Notes: generated from the letters alone by a model not told the origin. A stretch of DNA of 64,000 nt from Paraspadella gotoi (GCA_051294375.1 CM119268.1:8675008-8739007), one strand, 5' to 3'; numbered from the stretch's first letter, positions 35,410 to 50,385 are shown. A program made the numbers and translations.

Positions 35410-38400
35410 GAAGACCCGGTGAGTGTCGAGTAGGAAAAAACTCATAAAACTTTTNNNNNNNNNNCGAGTTAAAAGTATAATAGTTTTTTGCATTACAAAT
35501 TTCAATGAAGGCATAAGAAATTTATTGTTTTTCTTTTGTAAATTGAAAGAGGAAAGTCTGAATTACATTTTAATTACCATTAAATTTTCTCTACTTTATA
35601 AATTTGCTTGTATTTTTCAGTTAAAGTAAAAAACAAGCAAAAAATTTGTATTAGCTTGATAAAATGTTTTTTAAATATGAAAAATGATAAATAATAAAAT
35701 GTTTTCAGCTTGATATAAACAGTCTGGATTTCTACCTTCTTGTCTGTGGAAAAAAAATAATCATTTTTCATTATCTTCAACTGCAAAGAAAAAGCTTGAT
35801 ATACTGCTTGTTTATCATAATAAAATTTTAAAAAATTACTTAACTGCTGACATATTTGACAAAGCAAGACATCATTGTGTTGAATTGTATTGCTAATTTT
35901 CTTTTAAATATAACAACCTTTATAAAGGGAATTTAATTCTATTATTTATCATCTATTTTAATTAAGAAAAAAAATTTCGCGGAAAGGGTTCATTGACTGA
36001 CTTAATGATTGCATTGTGGCAGTTTTTTAAGGTTTCTTTTACTGCCCCCACTGTACGCAAGAACATAGAAGGTCATTATTATTATGTCCACTAATGTACA
36101 GATTTTCTCCATACCCTTTATGCAACCCTGGAATTCCTGGGAAATTTTTCCTTTTGTTTCTCCCGTTGTCGAAATGTAATTACAAATCTAAAGAAAAAAT
36201 TTACCTACGGGGAAGAGAACGATCAGCAGTGGAGGGAGACCAAGTGGGTATGTAAGCCTTAGTTACCCCACTTCGCCGATCAAATTTTTAAACAAGGTTT
36301 TTTTTCTTCATCATATTCTAGACATAAAATCTAACTATGTAGGGTACTATTTATTTTTAATTATTGCATATTCACCTTTTCGCGGTAATCAAAGAAAACG
36401 TGGCTTGCAGTGTCAAACAAAATTAATAGAAAAAAAAAGTAAAACATCGTTTTCAAAAAACTAAAAAAATCTATAGAGAATCTACTATAACTATAACAAA
36501 TATAGACTGATGTCACAATAATGTTTTAGAACTTATGATGCCCAAGGGCCGTCCAAATAAGCAAAAACTGTTAAATAGTTACTGCTTTTACTGTCATAAT
36601 TAAAGAGGCTAACTGAAATTAAGTTAAAACCTACAAAGCAGTGCCGAATATCAAATATTTATACATTTGACAAGCGCTCAAAATGCCTCTATTTGGGATT
36701 GTTTAAAATTTTTTAAATTTTGTCAACAAGTATAAATAGTTATAATCTAGTTCAAAACAATTAAATACATGGTGATTTAAAGAAAAAAATTCGTCTGTTT
36801 CATACATACTTCTTTATATACCAGTATATTTTTTTGTCATAGTAGTATTAGGCAGTATTTCTAAGATTCAAATATATGTGATACACTGATTAAGTCAAAA
36901 AGCCTCATGATTAATTCAGTAATTAGTTTATCATGAAAAAAAATTCCAAAGTTTTCAAAATTTTTTTCACATATATATTTAATTTTATTAAATTATTATA
37001 TTTTCTATGTCAAAACATCATAAATAATAATCTTAGCTATATATGTATTTGAAGCCCTATATATAGGTAGAGGTAAGCTCGCTCTTAATAATATAAATTT
37101 TTCTTCATGCATTTAGGCATAGCGTTATAATTTTTTTGAATTCTAAATTATTTGAAAAAAAAAAATTAAAAATAATATTTAATAAAGAAAAAATTAATTA
37201 CATAACCTATTAAAGATAGAATACATGGGTTATGGACTCAAACGAAAGAAAATTGTTCATCAGAAGATTATGGATGATGCATGAATATTTATTCATTTTT
37301 AAAATTTAAACATTTTAAATTTTATTTTATTTACTTTAGCATCGATTCTTATTTAGATAATGTCTATAAATAATTAATCCTTATAAAAAAAACTGTCATT
37401 AGGAAAAATTTGATTACCCTTTTTTTGGTGTAGGCCGCAAAAGGTCCGGAAACCGTATCCGCGGACATCTCATTCTTGTGGCACTCATGACCATCCAGAG
37501 TAAATCGCTGTAAAAAGGAACCGTGATTATGGATAACGGTAAGTACTATGTAAAACAATACGCAGGCTGAACTGGGCTACTCATATTATAACAAAAAAGA
37601 AAAATAACAATAGATTAAGCTATTCCACTGGATCTAATCAGTTTTCCAAAGATATCAACAACTGATAAATTGTTGGATTCCAAACTATTCACTTCACCCC
37701 TATTCGTGAGGATGAAAAATTGTAATTAAACGTTACGTCTACGATAGTTCCAAATCGTCTCATGAATGTACAATAAATAAGGCCATTGTTATCTAACTTT
37801 GTATTTATTGCCAATGACAATATGAATATGTTCTACTGAATTAACTTAAGAAATGTTATTCAACAATTAGAATAAATGACATTTGCAATCAAATCACACT
37901 AATACACCCAGGTGAGCTCAACAACAACCCGACCGCTAGAAAAAAATGCTTCATGTTGCAAACTTGTAAAGATTTTTCTTTAATCTAAAAATTTTTTTTG
38001 TGTCAAAAAACTAAAGTAATTTAATATACCAAAATTGATATTTGATTGGTTTTGATTGATTTGGGGATTGTGCATACGTTACTAAACTATTTAGTGAATT
38101 TTAAAAATGATTATGGTACCCAGATCGATAGGAAATTCAAAATATTATCTACATACAAAAATTTCAATCAAACAATCGGATAATGCCGTTCAAAAAGTTC
38201 AGGAAACAAAAACGAATCATCCGCGAAAATCGCGCTTCGAATCGATCAACTTTCACTTAAATGCGAAACTGCGTTTTGATCCACAAAGGATTTGAAACTA
38301 CCGCGTAGTACTCAAGCTTTAAAATCGGTAATCCGAGATTAGGCGCATCCGGGCGCTCGATATAGAAGTAAATTGGAAGAAGCGAAACAAAGGAAAAGAG

Positions 38401-41400
38401 GTAATCATTAGAAACGGTAAATGATAAAAAATAATAAAATTCATAACAGAAATAATGTAAGATAACCATATCAAGCAGAAGCAAAACAAGTTATCGCCAA
38501 ACAATGCAAAAGTAATAGCGACGTGATAATCGCCAGCAAAATTACTATTCTAACTAACGTCAATAAGTTAAATTCTAAATAGTCGGTTAATTTCAAGGAA
38601 TCAGGAAATTAAAGATTGAGAATTCACATTCCGTCCACTTCAAACCGATTAATTTTGCATCTTTTGAATCATTTTCAAATTTGAAGAAAATTGATTTGAC
38701 TATGAAATCAACAATAAAACTATGGAATTAAAAGAAAATGACTTGATATGACAAATGTTGATGATGATAGAACAATTAATTTAACCTACATAAGCGATGA
38801 CGATGGTTTTATATTTAGAAATTTGTCATATCTGAATCCCTTATTTTATTAGTAAACATAAGTTATGGAGGCAAACAATATCCGGAATTTGCCCTACAAT
38901 AAATTTAATGAATCAGCTAAAAGTATGGCAAGTTTGAAAAAGTATGCAAGTTGAAAAAAAGTATGCAATTGAAAAAAAGTATGGCAAGTTGAAAGAACAA
39001 GTATGCAAGAGTAATGCAATTTAAAAAAAAGTAATGCAATTTGAAGAAAGTATGCAAAAGTATGGCAAATTTTGAAAAAATGTACTCGCAAAAGTATGCA
39101 ATTTGAAAAAAAGTAATGCAAAAGGGGTATGCAATTTGAAAAATGGTATGCAAAAGTATGCAATTTGGAGCAAAAAAATGGTAATGCCAAAAAGGGTATC
39201 GGCAATGCTTAGGAAAAAAATGTAACATGCCAAAAGTATGCAGATTTGAAAAAATGTAGAGTGCAAAAAGTATGCAATTTAAAAAAATGTATGCAAAAGT
39301 ATGGCCAATTTAAAAAAAGTATGGCTAAAAGTAAGTGCGCTCATAATTGGAAAAATTAAGATGCCCACTACTATTGAGAAAAAAGTAGGCATACTCTTGA
39401 CGAAAAAGCTAGCGCGCATAACTTTGAAAAAAGTATGCCCTAAATTTTATCTTGAAGTAATCGACATACTTTTTTCAAAAGTAATGCCATAGCTTTCCGA
39501 ATCATATGCATACTTCAAAAAAGTATGCATACTTTTTTCAAAAGTATGCAATACTTTTTTGCAAAGTATGCATACTTTTATCCCAAGTATGCATACTTTT
39601 CTTCAATTCAATGCATACTTGTTTTTAAAATATGCATACTGTTCTTAAAATCATGCCATACTTCAAAAAAGTATGGCAATACTTCAAAAAAAGTACATGC
39701 ATACTTCAAACATAAGTATAGCCAATACTTCAAAAAAGTCATGGGGGCCATACTCAAAACAAGTATAGCATACATTCAAAAAGCTATGCATACTTCAAAA
39801 AAGTATGGCACTACTTCAAAAAAGTATGGCGATACTTCAAAAAAAGTTATGCATACTTCCAAAAAAGTAATGCATACTTTGCAAAGAAAAGTAACTGGGC
39901 AGTAGCTTCAAAAAGTATGGGGCATACTTGGCAAAACGATAATGCCATACTTCAAGTAAGCTGCCCATACATTCAAAAAAGTATCTCATACTTAAAAAAA
40001 GTATGCATACTCAAAAAAGTAATGCATACCAAAAGTATGCATCTCAAAAGTNNNNNNNNNNNNNNNNNNNNNNNNNATAATGTTATATTTGTAAATTTTA
40101 ATGCGTAAATATTCAAATGAATGATTAAGAATTTTCACGACACGAATATCGCTCGAACCACCTTAGGATCTCACCAACCCGCGCACCCCAACCCCACCCA
40201 CTACCTCTACCCATTACCCACCTTTGGCGCGATTCCGAGCCAAATGGTGCCTCTCCCCGTTTCGCCCTTTTTCCTCTTGAGTCGGTACATGTGGAGATTG
40301 TGTGTGGCGAGCGGCGCCGAGGATTCGCGGATGAAGAGCAGCTCGGCCTCGTGACGGGGCATTCCGGACAACTCCTGCGGAGAGTTGGGGATGCGAAGGG
40401 GAGAGTCGAAGAGTTATAGTTTTCGGTTCCAAGAAAGTTAAGAAAACTGTTAGAAAGATTCGGGGGATTAAAGAGTCACAAAAACCACAACTACGCCGTC
40501 TCATCATTCGAGGAAAAAAAACGAAAACCGCTAAAAAAAAAAAATAATCGATTTTTCACGTTGCCTCGAAATGGAATAATAAACGAGGGAAATTTGTTTT
40601 CTGAATCTCCGAATTCGCCTTTAGTTAATTAATTAATTAATTAATTTAAACAAAAAAATAAAAGCGCCGTGAAAATTTGAAAAAAAGAATAATAGGAAAA
40701 GTAAGATTGACGGTGCAGCTGTAAAACCTGATGCATCGAGGGGGCGTTGACGGCCAAAAATTCCACGCCGCGCCTTTCCACGACCCAGCGGGGGAAGTAG
40801 TCCGCGGGGTCGAAGTAGGTCGTCGACGTCGTCGTCGCGGTCTCGGCTGCGCCGGGAACGGCGGCGGACGCGGCGGCGGCGTCGGCCTCGCCCGGGATCG
40901 AACCCCTGCTCGTCCGCGTTCGTCGTTCCAAGTGAATCTGGGCGTGGAAGTTGCCGAGATCCGCCTGAAGCGCGTAGGCGGCGAGTTGGAAGATCCGCTC
41001 TTCGTTGACGCACTGACAGTGGGCGAGAAAGTTCTCGCGCAGCTGAAGGTAGTAGTGATGCCGGGTGCTGCGTTCTTTGAGAAGGCCTGGTCAAAGAGAG
41101 ATAGGGATTAAGATTAAGTTAAAATCTTGATCGGGTAGAGACGAAGGGCTGGTAGAAATCTTGATTTATCAGACACCGCCCTGAATCATTCGTTGCGCTC
41201 CTCTCTTGTCATCCCTCTCACTCTTCTCTCTTTCTCTCTCTGCTCTCTTCTCTCTCCTCTCNNNNNNNNNNNNNNNNNNNNNNNNNATAATAGCGGCAGA
41301 TCTCGAACTTATTTCTCAAAGAGATAACAACGTTTAAACAAAGAAAAAACGCATTTTCCCAATGTAAAAAAGAGATAAACAAATTTCCTAAAACACCGGA

Positions 41401-44400
41401 AAACGATTTCTTTTATACAGAAAAAAGAATAACACACGTTTCAAATACTTCTTCCTGCCAAATAACACTCATCGAGAGGTTGTTTAAAACATGGGTGATC
41501 GGAGCAGTTTATTAACTCATCTTTTTATCAAAAACAATACACAAATTTCCTCTCTTTTAATTTTTATGTCCCCTTCTCTCTCTCTTTTCTCTCTTACATT
41601 TCTTATGATAAGCTTTCTCTCTCACTCTTCAATAGATTAATAACACGCTTAAATACACCATGAAAAGCGACTTTTTCTCGCTAAATAAGCTCATCATATG
41701 AAAAACTTTAAAATAAACAGAAAACGATTTTTTTCAAATGTAAAAAGAAATAAAAACTGGGTAAAAAAAAAAAACGTGCCAAACGTTTTTTTCCTAATTT
41801 AAAAAAAATATAAACAAAAAAACACGCGATAAAACGAACTTTTCTAAAAGCTAAAAAGTAATAAAAACGTATTAAATACAGCGGCAGATCGATATTTCCA
41901 CAAGAGATAACAACTTTAAAACAAAGAAAATCACGCCTTTTTCCAATGTAAAAGAGGAATAAAAAATTTCTAAAAAGCACCGGAAAACGAATATTTTCAA
42001 AGAAAGCAAATAAACAACGTTAAATACTTGCGCTGCAAATAAACATCATCGAGGTTTGTTAAAATTTGGGTGAGATGACAAGTTACTCAAATATCTTTTT
42101 AATCAAAACAGAACAAATTTCCGTCTCTTTTATTTTTATGTCTCCTTCTCTCTCATCTTTCTCTTAATTTTATGTAGCTTCTCATACTCTCAATAGTATA
42201 CAAAACGTTAAATTACCACCCAAAAAACGACTTTTTCTCTGTAAAAGATATGAAAACTATTAAAATAACAAGAAAACGATTTTTTTTCCAATGTAAAAAA
42301 GAAATAAAAACTTTTTACAAAAAAAACGCAAACGTTTTTTTCCAATGTTAAAAAACAGAGTTAAAAAACACTAGGGACTAGGGCGCGATAACATCGATCT
42401 TTTCTAACAGTAAAGTATAAAAATGTTTAAAATACCACCCGCAGACGATCGATATTCTTCAAAGAGAATAACAACTTAAAAACGAAAGAAACAACTGCTT
42501 TCTTCTTCCATACTAGGGCTGAACACTTGATTGTTATGATAATCACAAAACAGTAATTTATCCGTGAGAAGGAACAGATCGGGAATTTCGCAGTTCCCAT
42601 CAATATGACCAGCGAAGAACGACGAAGACGCGCCGAGGAGAAGAGAGAGATAGTATGTATGAGTATGAGCGATAAGGAAGAGAGAAAGAGAGAGAGAAAT
42701 GAGAAAGAGAACGTGAAAATGTACTGAGAGAGTGCTGAGGCAGAGAGAGATAGCAGGAGAGAAGAGTTGCTTAATGAAACTCGAGGTTGATCGGATCGAT
42801 TGAGAGAGATAGTATTATATATTCAAACCGGGAGAACAAAAGTTACACATGCTATGCCTATTATGTGTATGTCATCCTATATCGATCCTATTCAGCAGAC
42901 ATTCTTCTCATGAGCGATCTATGAATGCCTCATAGAAGCATTTCATACATCGAGCACTAGATTCAACAATAAAACGACGTTAAATAACATGCGCACAGAT
43001 GTAACTTTTTGTCACTGTAAAATTATCAAATGTATATAATGAAATCTTATTAAAAACAGAAAAACGATTGTTTCCACAAAGTGTAAAAACAGTAAATTAT
43101 TATGAATTCTTGAAATAACAAACAAACGGCAAACGATTTTCTGTCATAATGTAAAAAATGTTAAAAAAACAACAGAGATTTAGAGAACTCAATATTTATA
43201 CGTGAGAAAGTATAAACAGTGGATAAATATGACATCTATAGATTTATCATGATGAATGGTATAGGGAAGAAGAGACGAGAGAGTGAATTAAGAATCATCG
43301 AGATTATTTGTGATCCAGTATAAGAAGAAACTAATCGACAGTTATATTAATGTTGTGATAACTCTTTGATTCACTCTTAAACACCAAAAAGAAACTAAAT
43401 AGAACACTACAGGTAAATTCGATGTCCGGAACCGAAAATTATTATAAACTTAAGACAACAGATGCACAGCCGATGATTCATCAAGATATGTTGAAAATTG
43501 AGGGCAAGTTATGAGATAGGACGCTTTCTCATATTACATTTCAGATACTTGGTTAATACTATTATGGAATTCATGTTGATTGGATGAAAAAAAACACGGA
43601 AACATTTGCAATTATGGTGGAAGAGAATAGTGAGAGTGAGGGATACAGAAGGTGGAGGGAGATGAGAGAGAGATGAGAGAGAAGAGAAGGATGAGCACGA
43701 GAGAGATCAGAGATGAGAGACGAAGAGAGAGCAGGAAGGGAGGTAAACGAGAGAGAGAGAGAGACGACCGCTAAGGAGACAGAGAGAACGAGATAGAGAG
43801 ACTCCGGAGAGGAAAAGATGACCACAAGACACCACATAAGCAGAAAGACACACAAAAGTGGCTCAAAAACCCACGAAAAGAAATAAAAAAGAGAAAGAGG
43901 CGAGGTACCGCCACCGCCCCCGGTTACCCCTCCCTTGAAACTCCAAACCTGATTTGAATTACGAACCGTAGAAGTTCGAAACGCGAAAGAGAGAGAACGA
44001 AGACTGGCGTTGCCGTCGGCGTCACATCCGCTGCCCTCGTCCGACTTCCATCGTTTCGGCGCGAACTTGCTCACCTTCGAGTCCAGGCTGCAAAGGGGGA
44101 CGAGGGTGGAAGAGGGTGGAGGGTGGAAGAGGTTGGAGGGTGGAAGAGGGTGATTGGTTGGCGGTGTTTGGTAAAACCAATTTTAAAATTCTCCTTTCCT
44201 TTAATGAATGAGCTATCTTGCCTCTGATTTTGGACATACTAGATAGTAACATAGTATTTGAAATTAATAAGCATTTAAATTTTCGAAGCTTCTATCAGCA
44301 AAAAAAAACCCCTCCGCAACTATGCATATCCACTATGCACTATGCACAATGTGCACCCCTAACAACCAACGAACCCACCTCCTCCGAAAACTCGACCCGA

Positions 44401-44589
44401 CCCACCCTTCCCGCCACTGACTTGATGAACTGATGCTCCTCGTCGATCATGGTGGAGAGGCCGAAGAACTCTGTCTCCCTCAGGCCCAACTGGCCGCAGA
44501 CCTTCTCCAGCACCTCCTTCCCTTTCGCCTTCACGTCCACGCTGATCTGGAGCTCTTCCTTCGTCAGCAGCACCACCCGGAGGTACTTC
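27089..44589 (-). CDS. ex: Expanded (FRMD6/Willin-related FERM protein, Hippo pathway); start exon and most FERM-C exons not resolved
   Basis: Exons 44589-44422 (VVLLTKEELQISVDVKAKGKEVLEKVCGQLGLRETEFFGL), 44087-43949 (SKVSKFAPKRWK..GCDADG), 41086-40728 (HHYYLQLRENF..LAAYALQADLG..YFDPADYFPRWV), 40374-40222 (HNLHMYRLKRKK..WLGIAPK), 34824-34649 (MCRSTHLFQM), 34435-34012 (SVISNTSSNTTSGIVSD), 31050-30789, 30261-29315, ~29082-27089. The tail is Q/P-rich with four PPxY motifs. Confidence 0.88.
38920..40051. repeat. AT-rich ~18-21 bp satellite with an AAGTATGCA core that becomes palindromic AAGTATGCATACTT
   Basis: Units AAAAGTATGCAATTTGAA at 38920-39330 and AAAAAGTATGCATACTTC at 39500-40051. The array ends at an N gap. 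Confidence 0.9.
41288..43200. repeat. Degenerate tandem repeat (~570-590 bp period with internal sub-repeats) in low-accuracy sequence
   Basis: GC(G)GCAGAT...TATTT..CAAAGAGATAACAAC recurs near 41290, 41880 and 42440, and more weakly near 42990. AAAACGATTTTTTCCAATGTAAAAA recurs within units. Confidence 0.7.
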
Positions 44590-45367
44590 CTGATGGGGTT
44601 GGAGTCGGGCGAGATGGAGAATGGGGGAAGGGTGAGGAAAGAACTTTTTCGGATTAGAATCGAATGAAAATATAGAAATACGTATTGTGAAAAAAAAGTA
44701 TTTGCTCGGTTTTATGAGGTTTCGTAATCATTCATTTTTATCAACAAATATCGCTTTTTTTATTAATAATTTACAACTTAATCTCGCATCGACNNNNNNN
44801 NNNGAAGTGAGTCGGTCGGAAGCCGCGCGCCGCCGCTCCGGTCTACGGCTGCGTACGGGAGAGCTGAGTATATGACTCAAGCAAAGACATTTCTCAGGGG
44901 AAGATAATTAAGAAAAGAATGAGCAAGGAAATAGACTAAGACATTCCAGAGGACAGGCAAATAAAGGGAAAGATGACGATAACGATGGCGATAACATTAT
45001 CATTAATATTATCGTGAAAAATGAAAACTGTTTTTTGAAAACCTACCCATTCCAAAAAAAAATTGAGCTAAAAGGTCGATAACTTTTTCAATATAGTTTC
45101 ATGATAAATGTAACATGAAAATTATTGGAAGAAACGACAGTTATTTTGGGAATTTCCGAAAAAAAAAAAAAACTAAATAAGAAATACAATGTAATTCATT
45201 CCGGAAGAAAAGAAAGAATTAAGAAAAGATGACACCTCACAAGAATGTTGAAAATTGGGAAAATGAAAGCGGTCATAAATAGACTGTTAACTTTGGACTC
45301 AGTTGAGGATGAAAAAAACGGAAACTGGCAATGTGGTGGAGAATGAGGTGAAGGGAGAGAGAAGGAG

Positions 45368-45413
<46 letters not shown>

Positions 45414-45420
45414 GAGAGAG

Positions 45421-45469
<49 letters not shown>

Positions 45470-45589
45470 CGGGAAAAATGAAAAGAATAAGCAGAAAGAA
45501 AAAAAATGTCAAAAANNNNNNNNNNNNNNNNNNNNNNNNNTAGAGGAGACTTCACCTACAGCGGGGACCCAGGCGTGGAGACGCCCGCG

Positions 45590-46241
45590 AGGGGTGGAAG
45601 AGTTGTGAGACGGTGATTGGTTGGCTTTTGGTAAAACCAATTTTTAAATTTCTCCTTTCCTTCAAAATGAGCCTATCTTGCCTCTGATTTTTGGACATAC
45701 TAGATATAACATTAGTATTTGAATTATAAAGCATTAAATTTTCGAAGCTTCTATCAGCAAAAAAAAACCCTCCGCAACTATGCATATCCACTATGCACTA
45801 TGCACAATTGCACCCCTAACAACCAACGAACCACCTCCTCCGAAAACTTGACCCGACCACCCTTCCCGCCACTGGACTTGATGAATTGATGTCATCTCGT
45901 AATCATGGTGGAGAGCGAAGCTCTGTCTCCTCAGGCCCAACTGGCCGCAGACCTTCTCCAGCACCTCCTTCCCTTTCGCCTTCACGTCCACGCTGATCTG
46001 GAGCTCTCTCTTCGTTCAGCAGCACCACCCGGAGGTACTTCCTGATGGGGTTGGAGTCGGCGAGATGGAGAAGGGGGAAGGGTGAGGAAAGAACTTTTGG
46101 ATTAGAATCGAATGAAATATAGAAATACGTATTGTGAAAAAAAAGTATTTGCTCGGTTTTTATGAGGTTTCGTAATCATTCATTTTTATCAACAAATATC
46201 GCTTTTTTTATTAATAATTTACAACTTAATCTCGCATCGAC
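45590..46241. repeat. Noisy duplicate of ~44135-44793, including the first resolved FERM exon; probable assembly artefact
   Basis: Same sequence with many indels, next to N gaps. 45230-45500 similarly echoes 43480-43880. Confidence 0.85.
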
Positions 46242-46264
46242 TCGGTTGTTTATGTTTCTTTTGA

Positions 46265-46454
<190 letters not shown>

Positions 46455-46633
46455 GAGAGAGAGGCGAAGAAGGGGCCTGCGCCGCTGAAGAATGCGAAAA
46501 CTTTGAAGCTTTTTTTTTCTCTTCCTTCTTCTCTTGGCCAAATTTTTCAACTTTTTAACAAGAAAATTATTTTAATCCTCAGGGAATTTCTAACTCATCG
46601 AATTGTCAAAGAAAAAATCTTTCTTTCCTTTTT

Positions 46634-46698
<65 letters not shown>

Positions 46699-46700
46699 CT

Positions 46701-46735
<35 letters not shown>

Positions 46736-49700
46736 CTTTTCTTTTCATTTTCTTTCTTTTTCCATCCGTTAAAATTTATCAAATTAAAATTGCGTCGGCC
46801 GACCTCCCCGCAGGAAAGTCCGCCTGTCATCGTGAGAACTGTCTCATTTCTGCCTCCGAACACATAATATTCATTCGTGACATTCGATCACAAAACCGCG
46901 CGCGTCGATATAATTGTCCGAGTATTATTAACATCCATTCGTCTCTATTCTCCCTTCCATTCATCCACTTAAATTTTTTTTTTTTTTACTTTCCTAATCT
47001 CCGCATTTCGAGAGAGTCTGAACGCAGTTTTTGAACGCGGAGACTCAACGAGAGAGTTTTCGGTCGGTCTGTCTATAAACTTAGTTATAAACTTAGTTAT
47101 AAACAGCTTCTAAAGAATCGAGACATCTATTAAGAATTTACATTTGAATACATCATAACAAAGAGTATCGAACATTTGTTTGATAATTTTTATATAACAG
47201 GTTTTTTAAAAAACCATAATGCTTTCACGACTACCGTCCGCAACTAGCCAGTCCGCGTAATGTTTCAGACTGTTTCGCACAACACGTTGTTTTTTAACTT
47301 TAAAGATATCACCAGAGCTAATCAGTCAAATTCGTTGGGAGAGAGAGAAAGTTAAATTGGACATCGAAAAACATACGTAGTCGTCTCGTTTGTCGGGATC
47401 TTCATTCATCAAGAGAACGAATCGTTCGTAAACATCATCAGTCATCGTTAGAAACCAACGGCGTTTGTTGGCTGGTTGGTTGTTGGTCGTGAATGATGCC
47501 AAGAAAATTCAGGCAATAATCGAAATGATAATTCATTGATTTTCTCTTTATATTTATTTCGTTATACCTTTCCGCATCATATTACCCACAAGAACATTCA
47601 CCTTCCGTCACTCTATCACCCACACATGCGTCTCACTCTTCCGTCTATCACACACAAACACCCGCTGGCGACTCACATGTTCCCGGAGATGTTTCCGTGA
47701 GCGGCGTTTCGCGACATCGACCGTCTCACCGTCGCCGCCGTGCTCGTGATCCACGACGTCATTTTTACAGACGCTGATCTTTAACGCGCGATCGACGGAC
47801 GATTGTCGCCGCGATTGGCCCCGGGATTCCGGCGCCTCTAGTTTCTGTCTTTCTCGACGCGATGACGTGGATCGAGCGATCGGGCGTGATCACGCCACGA
47901 CGCGCAACGTCATCGTTTCGTTGACGTTCGGATTCGGGATCGTCCCGACGCCGAAAAGAGAAGAAGAATCCTCTTGGCGATCCACTCGACCGCCCTCTAG
48001 GATCGCGGCATGACGATCGACGTGGGTGGGGAGACACGGTTGGAGACGTCGTCGAATAGATAATCGATTTATCGGAGCAACGAGCGAGATGGCGCCATTT
48101 TCTTCTTTTTTTTTATCGGATTTAATCGGAGCGGGATTTTTTTTANNNNNNNNNNGTCGTCGGAGATGCTGTTTTGAGGTGAGGGTTTCAGTCTTTTCTT
48201 TTCCGCGACGCCAGCGGACCGAGTCCGTTTTCTGTCAAAAGACATGGAGGGGAAATAATAATTACATATATATATAGATATATCAAGAAACGAACTTTAT
48301 TTAGGTTGGGATTTCAGAATCGACGCGCTTGTGGTATTTAAATTCAGAACGATGACCTGGACGATTAAAAGTGAGAGAATGTCTGGAATGCGATGCTTGG
48401 GTTGGAAAAAAACCCAAAGTGGGTTTGGGGAGGATTCGGCAACAAATAAGCGAAATTAATTTTTTTTTTTCCCACCCATTAGTGTTCGCAAATTTTTTTT
48501 CTCGCAGTGATCTATTACTTGAAGATGAGAGATAAGAAAATTTTAAACGTGAAACGCGTTAAGAATCGAAATGTTGCAGCTGTTGTTTTTGTTGTTGAAA
48601 ATTAACCTTCGAGGGCATTGACCTCAAGCATTGAAAAGATCTGGACCCACGACAAACTTGGTTACTCAAAAAAAAAATCAAATTTGATACTGGAAAACTA
48701 AGATTTACACATAACAAACTTGGATAAATATATAAATAAATAAATAAACAAGAACGGAAATTCAAATGTGTGTTGAGCTCCGGTGAATTTCTTAGCCTGT
48801 CTATGTTCGATACGCACTGCATCGGAATTTTATCTTTTATTCTTTAAAGTTTTAGGATTTCCTAAAGGCGGCGCTCGTCCCATAATCGTTGCAAGCGCAA
48901 GACATATGTTTACTATGTGTACTATGTTTACTATATGTTTACTAGTACTTGTTTAGTCGCCCCGCCGTTTATTTCTGTCAACAAGTAAGGAATATGTATT
49001 TTAAAACTTCCGTCGGTTCGTCGATCTTTGTGATGTATGTCCTCAATCATTATTCGATATTCAATTTAAAAACTGACATAACTGGTAGAACGGCAAAAAG
49101 ACAAGAAAAATTATGGGTAAATATAAACCATATGAATGGAGGACATAGAGGTTGAGAAGTAATGTCGATCGTAAAGCTTAAATTGAATAATAATCATTAA
49201 ATGTATCAAAAATGTACATGTCTAACCATCGGAAAAGAGTTCATGTAATGTCTGGCGTTATTGGAGTCGCAGCGAAGACGCGAGTCGTTGTCGGTCGCGA
49301 ACACTTACCAAGTGTTTTAAATGCAATCGCCGCTGTTTGTATTACTGTTGTGATTTTCCAGGTTGTTTGTATTTATTTGACGCTGTCAACGAGGAAGTAT
49401 ATTTTATCCGTTTTACCTTCCGCCATCACCGACCAAAAAAAAACAACTTGTCCGTTGTCTCCAAAGATGTCTCCAGAAACGCGAAGATGTCCGTTCGATG
49501 TCGACCCAGTTTAGTTCCTACTCGAACTCAATTCCCAGTCATATCCACCCATTACTCAGACGGGTCCACCCCTTACCCAACCCCGTCCACGAGGACTCGG
49601 GAAAAATAATAGGTTTTTCGACCAGGATCCAGAAATCCTCGGCATTCCGCTAGTGAAGGGCCCGCTCCTCTCGGGTAGAGAGAGTGTGTTATGAGAGAGA

Positions 49701-50327
49701 AAGAGAGAGAGAGTGATTGAGAGAGAGAGAGAGAGAAGAAGAGAGAGAAAGAGAGAGAGAGAGAGAGACATTAAAAAAGAAAAAGTTTTTTAGTTTAAAA
49801 AAAAGAAAATGAGAGAGGGAGAGGGAGTGAGAGTGAGAGAGAGCGTCCGTCGATTTGACCAAAATTTAAGCCCGAATCTTTTCAAAAAGTAACGTAAACA
49901 AATAAAAAGCATAAAGAGTTAAAAATAACCAAACTCTTTAAATTTTAAAGGAATTTCATTCCGCTTCATTAATTCATTATTCGTGAAATGTTAAAAGCAA
50001 ATAGTTTTTTTTTCGGTGAATTTCGAAGAAAGTTTAAAGGGTCATGTACGCAGAAAGACCAATAGAAACGAATTAATGTATCGATTGAGTCGGAATTTTT
50101 TTTTTTTTTTTTTTTTCAAGCTTCGTTTTCAACGGTTGAACTTTTTTAAGTTGGATGCGTTGTAGCGATTTTAGATTTACTAGACTGACTGCTTTTTTTA
50201 ATCTTTGAAGACAGACGGACGTTCTATAAAAAAAATTTTTGCATTGAGAGTTTTAAAAGGTTAACTGTCGTAGGATTTTAATTGAACTATGGATTTTATA
50301 GTTTTAAACGAGCGAGAGAGCGGAGAG

Positions 50328-50385
<58 letters not shown>

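Noticed and set aside
46800-46870. Candidate first coding exon of expanded (also GC-rich segments near 47700 and 52700)
   Set aside because: The phase-compatible frame contains a stop and there is no recognisable similarity. It cannot be supported without cDNA.
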